This document shows, in pieces, positions 39,893-49,197 of a stretch of DNA of 64,000 nucleotides. Below the pieces are notes generated by a model. That model saw nothing but the letters and a program-made list of their open reading frames with translations, had not been told where the DNA came from and searched no databases. This DNA comes from Poseidonia sp. (lineage in GTDB: Archaea > Thermoplasmatota > Poseidoniia > Poseidoniales > Poseidoniaceae), in contig CBFIDD010000005.1 of the NCBI GenBank assembly GCA_965661285.1, positions 75,094 through 139,093 on the forward strand. The letters run 5' to 3'. Every line of letters starts with the position of its first letter. Position 1 is the stretch's first letter. The position numbers and the translations under genes are program-made.

Positions 39893-41173
39893 ATGACCTC
39901 ATGGTCCACCTCGGACATCGTCGGCCCGGACGGCGAAGACTGGCGCGTGCCGGTCTCGGAACTTGAGGCTCGCCAGAACCGTCTGGCCGAGATGCTTGCG
40001 GAAGCAGACCTGCCCGGCGCCCTCATCCAGCATCCCGTTGACCTCTACTACTACGCAGGCGGTCGACAAGACGGGTCGCTCTTCGTTCCAGCCAAGGGCG
40101 CCGGTGGTAGCGAAGAGGCCGGCGGCGACGGCCCTGTGGCCTTTGTTCGCCGTTCGCTTAAGCGAGCCGTTTGGGAAGCCGGTGGCGATGATGCGCCGCA
40201 CCGCATCGAAGCCTTTCCACGACTTTCGCAGTTTGCCGACCACCTCCGCTCGATGGGTGTCACGGGTGCCCCGGCCCTTCAATTCGGTGAGGCTCCCGGC
40301 ACGTTCACCGCCCGCTTTGCTTCTGCTTTGTCGTCCTTGGGCGAGTGCGGCGACGCCACGGGTGTGATTCACCGCCAGCGCGAGGTGAAATCAGCATGGG
40401 AGCTTGAGCAGATGGACATCGGAGCCTCGGTGCAGATACGGATGTTCGAAGCGGTTCAAGCCGTGGGTGGTGAAGGCATGAGCGAGCTCGACATGGTCGC
40501 AGCGGCTGAAGCCATCAGCCGAAGCGAGGGCTTTGGCGGCAACGTGCAGATGCGTCGCTATCCGCTGCAGTGCGACCGCGGCGTCATCGTGGCCGGGCGC
40601 GCCGGCGGCATTCCTTCCTTCTTCGACTCCGCCGTTGGCGGTACCGGTCCTCACCCGCTCAGCGGCATGGGCTCAGGCTTCAACCGTGTTGAGAAGGGCG
40701 ACCCGGTGTTGGTGGACTTGGTTCACGCCCACCGTGGCTACATGGTGGACGCCACCCGTATGTTTGTTTCGGGCCAGCTCAGTGCTGCGTGGCAACAGCG
40801 GCTTGACGACATGATCGCCGTCAAGGAGGAAGTCGTCGACGTGCTCGATCAGGGCCTCCATTGCAGTCAGGCTTGGGAGGCCGGTCTTGCCTTGGCTACC
40901 GAACTGGGTTACGTCGACCACTTGATGGGCACCACGCCCGACCAGAGTCGCTTTTTGGGGCATTCCATCGGTTTGCAACTCGACGAATCGCCTGTTGTAG
41001 CGGCCGGCTTCGACCGCCCGCTGCCCGTGGGTGGAACGATGGCTATCGAGCCCAAAGCGGTGTATGCCGAGGGCAGCGTGGGAAGCGAAGACACGTGGGT
41101 TCGAGACGAGGAAGGCATGCGGCCCATCACGGCCGACGGCGCGCTTCCTTGGGTGATGGAGTGGGATGCATGA
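39893..41173 (+). CDS. Xaa-Pro peptidase (M24 family)
   Basis: DLYYYAG, REVKSAWE, VLVD...GYMVDATR, GHSIGLQLDE, AIEPK, GSEDT metal ligands. Confidence 0.92.
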   Translation: MTSWSTSDIVGPDGEDWRVPVSELEARQNRLAEMLAEADLPGALIQHPVDLYYYAGGRQDGSLFVPAKGAGGSEEAGGDGPVAFVRRSLKRAVWEAGGDDAPHRIEAFPRLSQFADHLRSMGVTGAPALQFGEAPGTFTARFASALSSLGECGDATGVIHRQREVKSAWELEQMDIGASVQIRMFEAVQAVGGEGMSELDMVAAAEAISRSEGFGGNVQMRRYPLQCDRGVIVAGRAGGIPSFFDSAVGGTGPHPLSGMGSGFNRVEKGDPVLVDLVHAHRGYMVDATRMFVSGQLSAAWQQRLDDMIAVKEEVVDVLDQGLHCSQAWEAGLALATELGYVDHLMGTTPDQSRFLGHSIGLQLDESPVVAAGFDRPLPVGGTMAIEPKAVYAEGSVGSEDTWVRDEEGMRPITADGALPWVMEWDA

Positions 41174-41433
41174 CACAAGAGCACGATGGAGAAGAGGTCT
41201 GTGAAAAGACCGAAGATTGGGACGAAGCCGACGTCGGCAAGCGCATCGTGAAGCGTGTCACGCCCAACGGGACGTACTTCAACGAACTCATCGTGAACGT
41301 GTTTTGCGCCATGTGCGGGGCTTCGTTCATCGGCCCCTCTCGCGAAGCCGGCGGCTTTCTGGGCGGGCACGAATGCTTGCATGCGTGGGAGTTTGGTCAA
41401 GTGATGGGTCGCAGTGACGGCGTGACCGAATGA
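41170..41433 (+). CDS. Small C2H2-like zinc-binding protein
   Basis: MTQEHDG..., ATGA overlap with the peptidase stop; CAMCGASF...FLGGHECLH. Confidence 0.65.
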   Translation: MTQEHDGEEVCEKTEDWDEADVGKRIVKRVTPNGTYFNELIVNVFCAMCGASFIGPSREAGGFLGGHECLHAWEFGQVMGRSDGVTE

Positions 41434-41485
41434 GCCAACCAAGGGCACCACATCATTCAAGGGTCGCACGACCACGAGACTCCTT

Positions 41486-42286
41486 ATGGTCGCCAAGCCC
41501 TACTCCAGCAGCCACATCGCCGCGGTCTCGTCCCATTTTACCACGATGCGGCTGTCGGGTGATGTGAAGCAACGCCTCGTCGACCTTCTGTGCGAGGAAC
41601 TCGACCGTCTGGTCCCCCGGATGGAGGAGGAAACCCTTTCTCAGGACCCCGAGCGAAAAACACTGGACGACCCTCGTCGAAGCCGGCTGAACTACAATCG
41701 CACCCGTGAATTGATGATCGACCGCATCAAGAACATCGACTCCGTTGGTTCCGCAGCCGTTCAAGCGGGCATTGACCACCTCGAACAACATCTTGCACAG
41801 GTGCTTCGTCACGCTGCAGAGGCTGCCGAACGCGACCGCGTGGCGACCATCAAACCCCGTCACCTCGACCGGGCTCTTCTCAACATGAAGCCCGTAGAAG
41901 GCGAAGAAGAAGGCGAAGGGGTTGCAGAAGTGGGGGCTGCAGAAGAATTCGTCGCCGGTCAAGCCGGCGGCCTCATCACGGCCACGGGCCTGCTTTCGAT
42001 GGCCAAAAGCATCGCCAAGATGGGCGTCACAAAAGACGCACTGGACGAGTTGCTCTACCTCTACGCCGAGGTGCTCGAAGATTTGGAAGAGGACATCCGC
42101 AACCACGCTCAACTCGGCAGCAACCCGGTTCAGTTCATCGAATCCATCAATGCCATGCGCGGGATGATGACACTCGGATGGATACGAGCCCGGCTCACGC
42201 GAGCAGCGGAGCACGCCAAAGGCCGGGGTGCCAAGGTGATTGAACTCCAGGACATCATCGACAGCCAATCCTACGCCTTGGAGTGA
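41486..42286 (+). CDS. Multi-histone-fold protein
   Basis: AAEAAERDRVATIKPRHL and AAEHAKGRGAKVIELQDI are histone alpha2-L2-alpha3 motifs; RLSGDVKQRL, SVGSAAVQAG and GVTKDALDEL are L1-alpha2 starts. Confidence 0.75.
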   Translation: MVAKPYSSSHIAAVSSHFTTMRLSGDVKQRLVDLLCEELDRLVPRMEEETLSQDPERKTLDDPRRSRLNYNRTRELMIDRIKNIDSVGSAAVQAGIDHLEQHLAQVLRHAAEAAERDRVATIKPRHLDRALLNMKPVEGEEEGEGVAEVGAAEEFVAGQAGGLITATGLLSMAKSIAKMGVTKDALDELLYLYAEVLEDLEEDIRNHAQLGSNPVQFIESINAMRGMMTLGWIRARLTRAAEHAKGRGAKVIELQDIIDSQSYALE

Positions 42287-42290
42287 TGGC

Positions 42291-42614
42291 ATGGACATCA
42301 CCGCGTTGACCGACGCGAAACGGGTGCTCGGTGCCTCCCAGCCCACCCTTCTCATCCTGGGTCGACCAACCTGCGATGACTGCCAGGCTTTCTATGCGGC
42401 GCTGGCCGGTTGGAAGCCCACACGTCCGCTCGAGGTGATGACGCTGAATTTGAGAGCGCCCGAAGGCGATGCGTTCCGCTTCGCCAATCCGTGGGTGGCC
42501 GCCATTGATTTCGTGCCGTACAACGTGCTCTATGTTGCTGGTGAACCGGTGGACAACTGGACCGGTGGCGATCTTGGCCGCCTTGAGACCGCCTTGGCTG
42601 CGCTGGAGGGGTGA
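42291..42614 (+). CDS. Thioredoxin-fold protein
   Basis: GRPTCDDC CxxC; FVP cis-Pro; YVAGEPV. Confidence 0.75.
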   Translation: MDITALTDAKRVLGASQPTLLILGRPTCDDCQAFYAALAGWKPTRPLEVMTLNLRAPEGDAFRFANPWVAAIDFVPYNVLYVAGEPVDNWTGGDLGRLETALAALEG

Positions 42615-43444
42615 GCGTGGAGTGGACTTCGGTGTTGCTCTCCGCCGTGTTTGCCGGCATCGTGGCGACGGCGGTCACGGTAGCCATTGAGAAATGGGGC
42701 GGTTTGGTCGGCGGTTTGCTTGGAACGGTCCCCTCAACCATCGTGCCTGCAGGCATTGGCATGTACGTGGCTGGGGGCGAGGATGTGCTGGTGATGTCGA
42801 TGTCCGTGGTGCCACTTGGCATGTTGCTCAACGCGTTGTTTTTGGGCGCCTGGGTGGTGATTCCTCGGTGGTTCCCCAACGCTCCCTACCTGCTCTTGTT
42901 GACGGCGGTCGGCGCTTTGGCCTTCTGGAGTTTCCTTGGCATGGTGTTCTTGGTTGTGGTTGACGAACTGACGACCTACCTTGAGCTCACTCAACTCGCA
43001 GCGCTCGGTCTGGTCTTGCTGGTGGTCACCGCCATCGTGTTCAACCGTCGACCTCGGCCCGCACCCAAAGGCACGAACCGCGTGTCAACCCTCGTCCTGG
43101 TGGCACGGGGCGTGATGGCGGCCACCGCCATCGGCATCGCTGTGTTGTTCTCGGGCCTTGGTTTTCCAACGCTGGCCGGTTTGGCCAGCGTGTTTCCGGC
43201 CATCTTCCTCACGAGCATGGTGGCGTTGTGGTTGGCTCAGGGGCCCACCGTTCCACAGGGTGCGGCCGGCCCGATGATGCTTGGCGGGGCCAGCGTGGCC
43301 GTGTACGCCAACATCGCCATGTGGTCGCTGCCAGCTCACGGGGTTCTCGTTGGTTCGCTCATCGCCTGGATAGGGTCGGTGGTGGGTTGGTCGCTACCGG
43401 CCTTCATGCTGTTGCGTCGCCACCACGCCTCGGTCAACGGTTGA
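42611..43444 (+). CDS. Multi-pass membrane protein with internal two-fold repeat (DUF3147-like)
   Basis: About eight TM; GGLVGGLLGTVP and PTLAGLASVFP halves. Confidence 0.7.
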   Translation: MSVEWTSVLLSAVFAGIVATAVTVAIEKWGGLVGGLLGTVPSTIVPAGIGMYVAGGEDVLVMSMSVVPLGMLLNALFLGAWVVIPRWFPNAPYLLLLTAVGALAFWSFLGMVFLVVVDELTTYLELTQLAALGLVLLVVTAIVFNRRPRPAPKGTNRVSTLVLVARGVMAATAIGIAVLFSGLGFPTLAGLASVFPAIFLTSMVALWLAQGPTVPQGAAGPMMLGGASVAVYANIAMWSLPAHGVLVGSLIAWIGSVVGWSLPAFMLLRRHHASVNG

Positions 43445-43730
43445 GGGCTCGGGTCCACCTCGGCGCAGCGGGAATGTCAACCACATGAAGCTGCACAAAG
43501 GTCACACCCTTCACTTCGGTCAGTCGCTTGCGCAGGGCATCGAGGTCGAGCAGACAGCACGGGCAGTGCGGTCGTGCAGGCTTGACCGTCAGATTCACCT
43601 CGCCGTCTTCCGCGATATCGACGTGCTGGACGATGTCGAGTTCGGGATAGGGTTTGGTGTCGTGGGGGTCGGTCCACGAGGACAGCACGCGAGCGACCCG
43701 CCGCTGAAGGGCCACGTGCTTACGTCCCAT
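43434..43730 (-). CDS. Fe-S cluster assembly protein (DUF59/MIP18-like)
   Basis: TDP...ELDIVQHV...PARPHCP...VKGV...PRWT. Confidence 0.75.
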   Translation of the reverse strand: MGRKHVALQRRVARVLSSWTDPHDTKPYPELDIVQHVDIAEDGEVNLTVKPARPHCPCCLLDLDALRKRLTEVKGVTFVQLHVVDIPAAPRWTRALNR

Positions 43731-43739
43731 GCCAAGGCC

Positions 43740-43961
43740 TCACGCGTCGTCCTTGACCAAGGCTTCGGCTTCATCGAGTCGGAGTTCAGCCAACCGGCCT
43801 TCAACTTCACCAAGTTCGGCTTGGCAGCGCTTCAACAAGGCCGTGCCTTCCTCAAACATGGCCAGCGTCTCATCGAGGTTTTTCCCACCGCGTTCGAGTT
43901 GGCTCACCAGGTCTTCCAGTCGTCGCAAGGCTTCGTCGTACGTCATCGTCTCTTCGGTCAT
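43740..43961 (-). CDS. xseB: Exodeoxyribonuclease VII small subunit
   Basis: TYDEALRRLEDLVSQLERG...LDETLAMFEEGTALLKRC; coupled to xseA. Confidence 0.93.
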   Translation of the reverse strand: MTEETMTYDEALRRLEDLVSQLERGGKNLDETLAMFEEGTALLKRCQAELGEVEGRLAELRLDEAEALVKDDA

Positions 43962-45286
43962 GGTTCGTCCTCCAGGGATTCAATCGTGTGCACGTCGGCG
44001 GCCGCCTGGCCGTCGGCGAATTGGAGTTGGATGGTCTGCCCTTCTTTTAGCGTCGCGACGTCCGAGATGACGCCCCCCGTTTCGTCCTGTACCATCGAAT
44101 ATCCACGCTCCAAGACGCGTTTGGGGTGGGCTGCGTTTAGGGTGGCGCCGAGTTGAACGAGGCGTTGTCGCTGGTCGGCCACCGCCATATCCATCGTGCG
44201 CTGCATGACGTGAGCCAGTCGGTTCAGGCGTTGATGATGGTCGCCCACGGTGGCGGTGACGGTGCGCTGCAGGCGATGGTCGAAACGGCTCAAACGCTCC
44301 TTGGCCGCAAAGATGCCTCGGCCGGGTGCGTGGCGCAGTTGATTGGCCAGGAGGGCGAGATGTTGCCGCCATTCGCTCACCCGACGGCTCATCGCCCCCT
44401 CGAGGCGGACATCGAATTCGTCGAGCAGTTGAACCACGGCTTGATGCTCAGGAACGAGGCGTTCGATGGCGTTGGAGGGCGTTGAAGCGCGCACATCCGC
44501 GACCAGGTCAGAAACGAGGTGGTCCTGTTCGTGGCCAACGGCGGAAACGATGGGCACGGGGCTGGCCATGATGGCTCGGACGACCGGTTCGAGGTTGAAG
44601 GCCCACAAGTCTTCGGGCGAGCCACCGCCTCGCCCCACAATAACGGCATCCACGGGTGGCAGGCCAAGACGCTGCGCCACATTCGGGCGTGCGAGGGCCC
44701 GAGTGACCGCCAATCCGCGTACGATCTCCTTGGCAGCGTGTTCGCCCTGAACAAGCACCTCGATGACGGTGGTTCGCAGGCCCGGCCAGCGGTCGGCCAT
44801 GAGTTGGCGCATGTCGGAGAGCGCTGCTGAATCGGCGCCCGTGACGATGGCCACGTGCTTGGGCAGGGCGGGAAGACGGCGTGAGGGGACGTCAAGCGCC
44901 CCTTCAGCCCGCAAGGTTTCGATGAGGCGGCGTTTCGCTTCTTCCATCGCGCCCAAGGTCTGAACGGGCTGGATGCGGGCGACGACGATTTGCAAGCGCC
45001 CTCGTTTGGGCCAAACATCCACGCTGCCGATGATGATGACCTCGCTGCCGACCTTGATGGAAGGGCTCATGGTGAGGCGAGCGCTGCGCCAAATCACGCA
45101 GTCCATCTGGCCGTCATCGTCTCGCAGCGTGAAGTAGATGTTGCCGTTGTGAACGTTCCACGACGACACCTCGCCCACAAGCGCTTGGTGTTGAAACAAC
45201 GGGTCGCTCTTCACGGTCTGTTGAACCAGCCGAGCGAATTGACCGATGGGCAGCGGGCCCGTCGTCGTTTCATGGCCCGCTGACAT
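43958..45286 (-). CDS. xseA: Exodeoxyribonuclease VII large subunit
   Basis: GEVSS...YFTLRD OB fold, VQG, GRGGGSPEDLWAFN, SAVGHEQD, ADVRASTPS, VLERGYS. Confidence 0.95.
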   Translation of the reverse strand: MSAGHETTTGPLPIGQFARLVQQTVKSDPLFQHQALVGEVSSWNVHNGNIYFTLRDDDGQMDCVIWRSARLTMSPSIKVGSEVIIIGSVDVWPKRGRLQIVVARIQPVQTLGAMEEAKRRLIETLRAEGALDVPSRRLPALPKHVAIVTGADSAALSDMRQLMADRWPGLRTTVIEVLVQGEHAAKEIVRGLAVTRALARPNVAQRLGLPPVDAVIVGRGGGSPEDLWAFNLEPVVRAIMASPVPIVSAVGHEQDHLVSDLVADVRASTPSNAIERLVPEHQAVVQLLDEFDVRLEGAMSRRVSEWRQHLALLANQLRHAPGRGIFAAKERLSRFDHRLQRTVTATVGDHHQRLNRLAHVMQRTMDMAVADQRQRLVQLGATLNAAHPKRVLERGYSMVQDETGGVISDVATLKEGQTIQLQFADGQAAADVHTIESLEDEP

Positions 45287-45336
45287 GGTTCGGATGGGTC
45301 GTCAAGGGTTCTTGAAGCATCGGGCTTCGTCGTTTG

Positions 45337-45537
45337 TCATGGACCCTCTTCGCGATTGGACGACGCCTCATCCTCCCTTTGCTCTCGCTTGCGCATCAAG
45401 CGTTCGTGCGCCTGACGGGCTTCCACTTCCTTGAGTTTGAGTTGGATGCGGGATTTGAGGAACATGATGACGATGACGATGGCGATGAGGTCCACGACCA
45501 AAATCAGCCAGGTGCCGGCCGTCCAATCCTCGAACAT
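45337..45537 (-). CDS. Small single-TM protein
   Basis: One TM followed by a charged helix; fills the gap in a minus-strand gene run. Confidence 0.6.
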   Translation of the reverse strand: MFEDWTAGTWLILVVDLIAIVIVIMFLKSRIQLKLKEVEARQAHERLMRKREQREDEASSNREEGP

Positions 45538-45546
45538 GGTGCTTCC

Positions 45547-45894
45547 TCAAATCGGTGGACGGATATCGATGTCGACATCGCCTCGGGGTTTGCCGATGCA
45601 GCCGAGGCGGGCACCTTCTTCCACCAACCAGTCATCAAGGCCGGGAGGGAGTACCTCGGGAAGCGGGACTTCTCCGAGAATGAGGCTGACCATGCAGGTG
45701 CCGCAGGTGCCGGATGTGCAGTTGGTGGGCAAGGTGATGCCGCAGGCTTCGGCGTGGTCGACGATGGTCTCCCCGGGATTCACGGCGCACTGACCCAGCA
45801 GGTGCGGGCCTTTGAGAAATCGAATCACGGGCGCGGGCGGGACGGTGGCAGGCGGGGTCGCATCGGCGGTCAGGGAGGCCGGACTTGCGGACAT
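45547..45894 (-). CDS. 2Fe-2S ferredoxin
   Basis: CTSGTCGTC...RLGC. Confidence 0.88.
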   Translation of the reverse strand: MSASPASLTADATPPATVPPAPVIRFLKGPHLLGQCAVNPGETIVDHAEACGITLPTNCTSGTCGTCMVSLILGEVPLPEVLPPGLDDWLVEEGARLGCIGKPRGDVDIDIRPPI

Positions 45895-45903
45895 AGCAAC
45901 GCC

Positions 45904-46989
45904 TCAACGTGCTTTTTCTCGGGTCCATCGGCCCGTTTGCTTGTTGAAGAACAGGCCGGCCTTCTTCATCCACTTGTTGAACTTGGTCGCACCTGCGCCG
46001 GTCCGCAGAATGAAGTCCTCTCGGTCTTCTTGGGCTTGGATGTAATCCTTGGCAGCGAGGGTTTGGTCAATCCAGTCGTTGATGTCCATCAAGCCGCCCG
46101 CCACCATGCTTTCTTCGACCACGCGGGTCATTTCATCAGCGGTCGCACCGGTTTGCTCGAGGTCCTTGCGGATGAGGTCGGAAACCGAGGAGTAGTCCAT
46201 GCTCGCTGGCTTTGGAGGCACGGGGTTTCGTGGCGGCTTGTCGGGGTCGATGACGATGCGCGTCTCGTCGAGGACGGACTCCACGTGGGTGGCAAGGGTG
46301 GGCGTGAAGCTGGTTTCGCACTCCCAGCAGATGAACGCCCAAGCCTCGGGCTGGTCCGGGTCGCGGGACTGACGGGGGTCGAGTTCGTCGCCGCATTCAG
46401 GACAAGCGTGGAAAATGAGGCCGGGGACGTGCAGGCGACGGAAATCAACGATGTCTTGGGGTGTGCCTTCCAGTTCCAACATTTCGTGGTCGCGAGCAGC
46501 CTCGAGGCCGCGGGTTTCAAGTTGGTCTCGAATCTTGACCTTCTGGTCGTCTTTGCCCTCGTCGTGAAGGTTATTCTCGAGTTTGACGATGAGTTCCACC
46601 GTCTTGCCCAAACGGTTCATGATGAGCTTCTGCGCTCGGAAGGCTTCGACCTTGGCGATCTTCAGCCGTTCCTTTTGCTCGGCGAGCTCGGTGAGCACGT
46701 CCTTCTGCTTTCGCTGGAATTTCATTTCCTCAATGCGGGACTCTTGTTTCTTTTCGGGAGCGAGAACCTTGGAGAGGAACCTTTCTTTGCCGTGCGACTG
46801 CGGGCCGGCGGTGATGATTTCGATGACGCCTTGGGCGATGGCTTCCTTGAGGCCGTAGTTCTCGACCAGCATGTCCTTGTCGATTTTCTTCAAATCGCCA
46901 ATTTTCAAGCCGGCATCCGCGAGTTGGTTGGCCGTGGTATCGTCAATACCGCGGCGAAGCAGTGCAAGATAGGTGTCCTTCTTTGCCAT
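45904..46989 (-). CDS. Hypothetical protein: HhH-like N-terminus, coiled coil, zinc ribbon
   Basis: MAKKDTYLALLRRGIDDTTANQLADAG; CPEC...CWEC. Confidence 0.7.
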   Translation of the reverse strand: MAKKDTYLALLRRGIDDTTANQLADAGLKIGDLKKIDKDMLVENYGLKEAIAQGVIEIITAGPQSHGKERFLSKVLAPEKKQESRIEEMKFQRKQKDVLTELAEQKERLKIAKVEAFRAQKLIMNRLGKTVELIVKLENNLHDEGKDDQKVKIRDQLETRGLEAARDHEMLELEGTPQDIVDFRRLHVPGLIFHACPECGDELDPRQSRDPDQPEAWAFICWECETSFTPTLATHVESVLDETRIVIDPDKPPRNPVPPKPASMDYSSVSDLIRKDLEQTGATADEMTRVVEESMVAGGLMDINDWIDQTLAAKDYIQAQEDREDFILRTGAGATKFNKWMKKAGLFFNKQTGRWTREKAR

Positions 46990-47077
46990 CCAAGTCCCCC
47001 GACAAGTTGAGGCGAGCAGACACTCCTAAGAAAAGTCTCTCCCCAATGCGTTCATTCGTGCGACCCGATTTGAAGAC

Positions 47078-47953
47078 TCACGCCTCTTCTTCACACGACG
47101 CAAAATCAGCTCCCAATTCGGCCCACTCGTCCAACTCCAACGTCTCCGGACGACGCTGAAGCCTCGGGTCGTGTTCCATGGCTGCGTAGGCACGCTTCCA
47201 GCGGGTGGCGTGCCATCCGGGGATTCGCCCAAGGCGGCGGGGTGGTTTGCGAAGGGTTCGCTTGAGTTTCTTTCGGCGCTGCTCAAACGTTGTTCGAATC
47301 ATCTGCACGAGCAGGCGCCGGTCGCAGGGCCATTCCTCCTCGTGCGGTGTCATGCGAAGCAACCTCGAGTGGACTTTGGGCATTGGCGAGAAGGCGTGTG
47401 GACCGACGCGCTCGCCCATATCGGCATCAAAGTCCAGCGCCACGACCATGCCGAGGGAACCAACATCGCTGACGTATTCCATGACGACGCGTTCAGCGAA
47501 TTCCTCCTGCACCAGCATCACGATGTCCTGGAGCGGGGTTGTTCGTGGGTTTCGGTGGTAGCGGGTGATGACGTCGATGAGCGGTGAGGAAATTTGGTAC
47601 GGAATGTTGGCCACCACGCGTGTCAGGTCGCCGGGCCACGCGACCTGAAGCGCATCGCCTTCCAACAGCGTGAGTTGTTCTTCTTGAAGCGCATCGGCAA
47701 AGACCGAGCGGAGGTGCTCGCACGCACCGCTGTCCAGTTCAATGGCGGTGACTTTGCAGCCTTTGGACAGGAGGACTTCGGTCAAGGTGCCGGGGCCCGG
47801 TCCGATTTCGAGCACGTGGTCTTCCACATCCACCTCGGCCCACGCTACGGTGCGCTCAAGCACGTCATCGTGAACGAGAAAATGCTGGCCTAGGGCCTTG
47901 TTGAACGGCTGTTTGGCGCGCAGTGCATCGACGAGGCGTCGAGCACCCTTCAT
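47078..47953 (-). CDS. rsmA: 16S rRNA adenine dimethyltransferase RsmA/KsgA
   Basis: LGQHFL, VLEIGPGPGTLT, ANIPYQISS, QEEFAER, FEQRRKKL. Confidence 0.95.
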   Translation of the reverse strand: MKGARRLVDALRAKQPFNKALGQHFLVHDDVLERTVAWAEVDVEDHVLEIGPGPGTLTEVLLSKGCKVTAIELDSGACEHLRSVFADALQEEQLTLLEGDALQVAWPGDLTRVVANIPYQISSPLIDVITRYHRNPRTTPLQDIVMLVQEEFAERVVMEYVSDVGSLGMVVALDFDADMGERVGPHAFSPMPKVHSRLLRMTPHEEEWPCDRRLLVQMIRTTFEQRRKKLKRTLRKPPRRLGRIPGWHATRWKRAYAAMEHDPRLQRRPETLELDEWAELGADFASCEEEA

Positions 47954-48801
47954 GCTTCCACCGGGAGAAGAAGTTCGCAGAGCCGTGGGACGAGCGTCTT
48001 GTCTTCAATCTCTTCAACGAAACGCTGGGCAAGGAGTTCGGCGCCCTTGATCTTGGCCAACGCGTTGAGTTCGTCCATGGAAGCGAACACGCCCACCTGG
48101 TCTCGTGCTTTCACCATGTTGCGGGCCTTGACGGGGCCCACGTCGGGTAGCAATTCGTAGGAGTGCTGCTTGAGCGACATGGGGCCTGCTTTGTTGTAGA
48201 ATTCGTCCACGAAATATTGGCCGTGCTCTTCGATGAACAGTTGGATAAGGTTGGGCATGTCCTGTCGAGCCATGTTGGACATCTTGTCCAAATGAGCCAT
48301 GCCGAGGATGGCGGCGACTTCGGTGCGCTTGGACGCATCCTTACCGATGTAGAGGCGGTGATTGAGGGCTTTGACCTCGTTGCCCTTGAGTTTCAATCGG
48401 CAAAATGCGAGGCTCTTTTCGGCCATGGCCGTGGCGATACCGGTTCCAGCATCGTGCTCGAGAATACGGGCGTGGGTTTCGCTCTTCAGCGCCTCGGGTT
48501 CGGGGCGCGGTTGGTCTCGACGGCCTTGTCCACGGCCGCCTTGGCGTCCACCACGCGGCCCGCCCCGCTGCCCGCCGCCTTGCCGGCGTTGTTGGCCACC
48601 GCGTTGACCGCCTTGCTGGCCGCTGCGACGCTGGCCACCTTGCTGACGTTGCTTGGAGGGGTCGGGTTTCGGCTGGGGTTTGGGGACTTCTTGACGTCCC
48701 GTCGCCGTCTTCAATTTGTACTTGGACGGGTCGGGCCCAGCGGCTTTTTTCTTTGGACCCGCGGGGGTCTTGATGTTGCGCCTTCGCCGTGGGTCTACCA
48801 T
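47950..48801 (-). CDS. DUF655 family nucleic-acid-binding protein with Q/G/R-rich N-terminal extension
   Basis: RLYIGKD, FYNKAGPMSLKQHSYELLPDVG; conserved position between rpo4 and rsmA. Confidence 0.82.
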   Translation of the reverse strand: MVDPRRRRNIKTPAGPKKKAAGPDPSKYKLKTATGRQEVPKPQPKPDPSKQRQQGGQRRSGQQGGQRGGQQRRQGGGQRGGPRGGRQGGRGQGRRDQPRPEPEALKSETHARILEHDAGTGIATAMAEKSLAFCRLKLKGNEVKALNHRLYIGKDASKRTEVAAILGMAHLDKMSNMARQDMPNLIQLFIEEHGQYFVDEFYNKAGPMSLKQHSYELLPDVGPVKARNMVKARDQVGVFASMDELNALAKIKGAELLAQRFVEEIEDKTLVPRLCELLLPVEA

Positions 48802-48833
48802 CGAACATCACCTGTGGAGGGATGCGGAACGCA

Positions 48834-49187
48834 TCAAATGACTTGGCGCACGATGTCGAGGACAGCGTCAATTTCACTGTCTTCAATCACGATGCGCTTG
48901 GAGCCGAATACCGCTTTCACGTCTTCTGGTGCAGCGGGCATGAGTTCGGCGAGCTTGGCAGCGAGGTCGGGGTGCTTGGCCAAGGTCTCAACTTCGAGGA
49001 GTTTGGTTCGGAGTTCTTCGAACACTTCGGGCTGCGTCGATACACCGTTGCGGGCTTCACTGGCGGCCCACTCGGCGTGCTGAAGCGCCCACTTTTGTTC
49101 GTACTTTAGCGCACCACGGCGCTCTTGAGCGTCGTAAAGCATCTCACGGACGGTGGCGAAATCCAAGAATCTGTCTTCTTCGGTCAT
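48834..49187 (-). CDS. rpo4: DNA-directed RNA polymerase subunit F (Rpo4)
   Basis: LKYEQKWALQHA, AAKLAELMP...EDVKAVF...IDAVLDIV; follows rpl21e. Confidence 0.88.
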   Translation of the reverse strand: MTEEDRFLDFATVREMLYDAQERRGALKYEQKWALQHAEWAASEARNGVSTQPEVFEELRTKLLEVETLAKHPDLAAKLAELMPAAPEDVKAVFGSKRIVIEDSEIDAVLDIVRQVI

Positions 49188-49197
49188 GATGTATCCC

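Noticed and set aside
43740-45286. xseAB as part of a retron or defence locus
   Set aside because: No RT, ncRNA or effector nearby; ordinary repair context.
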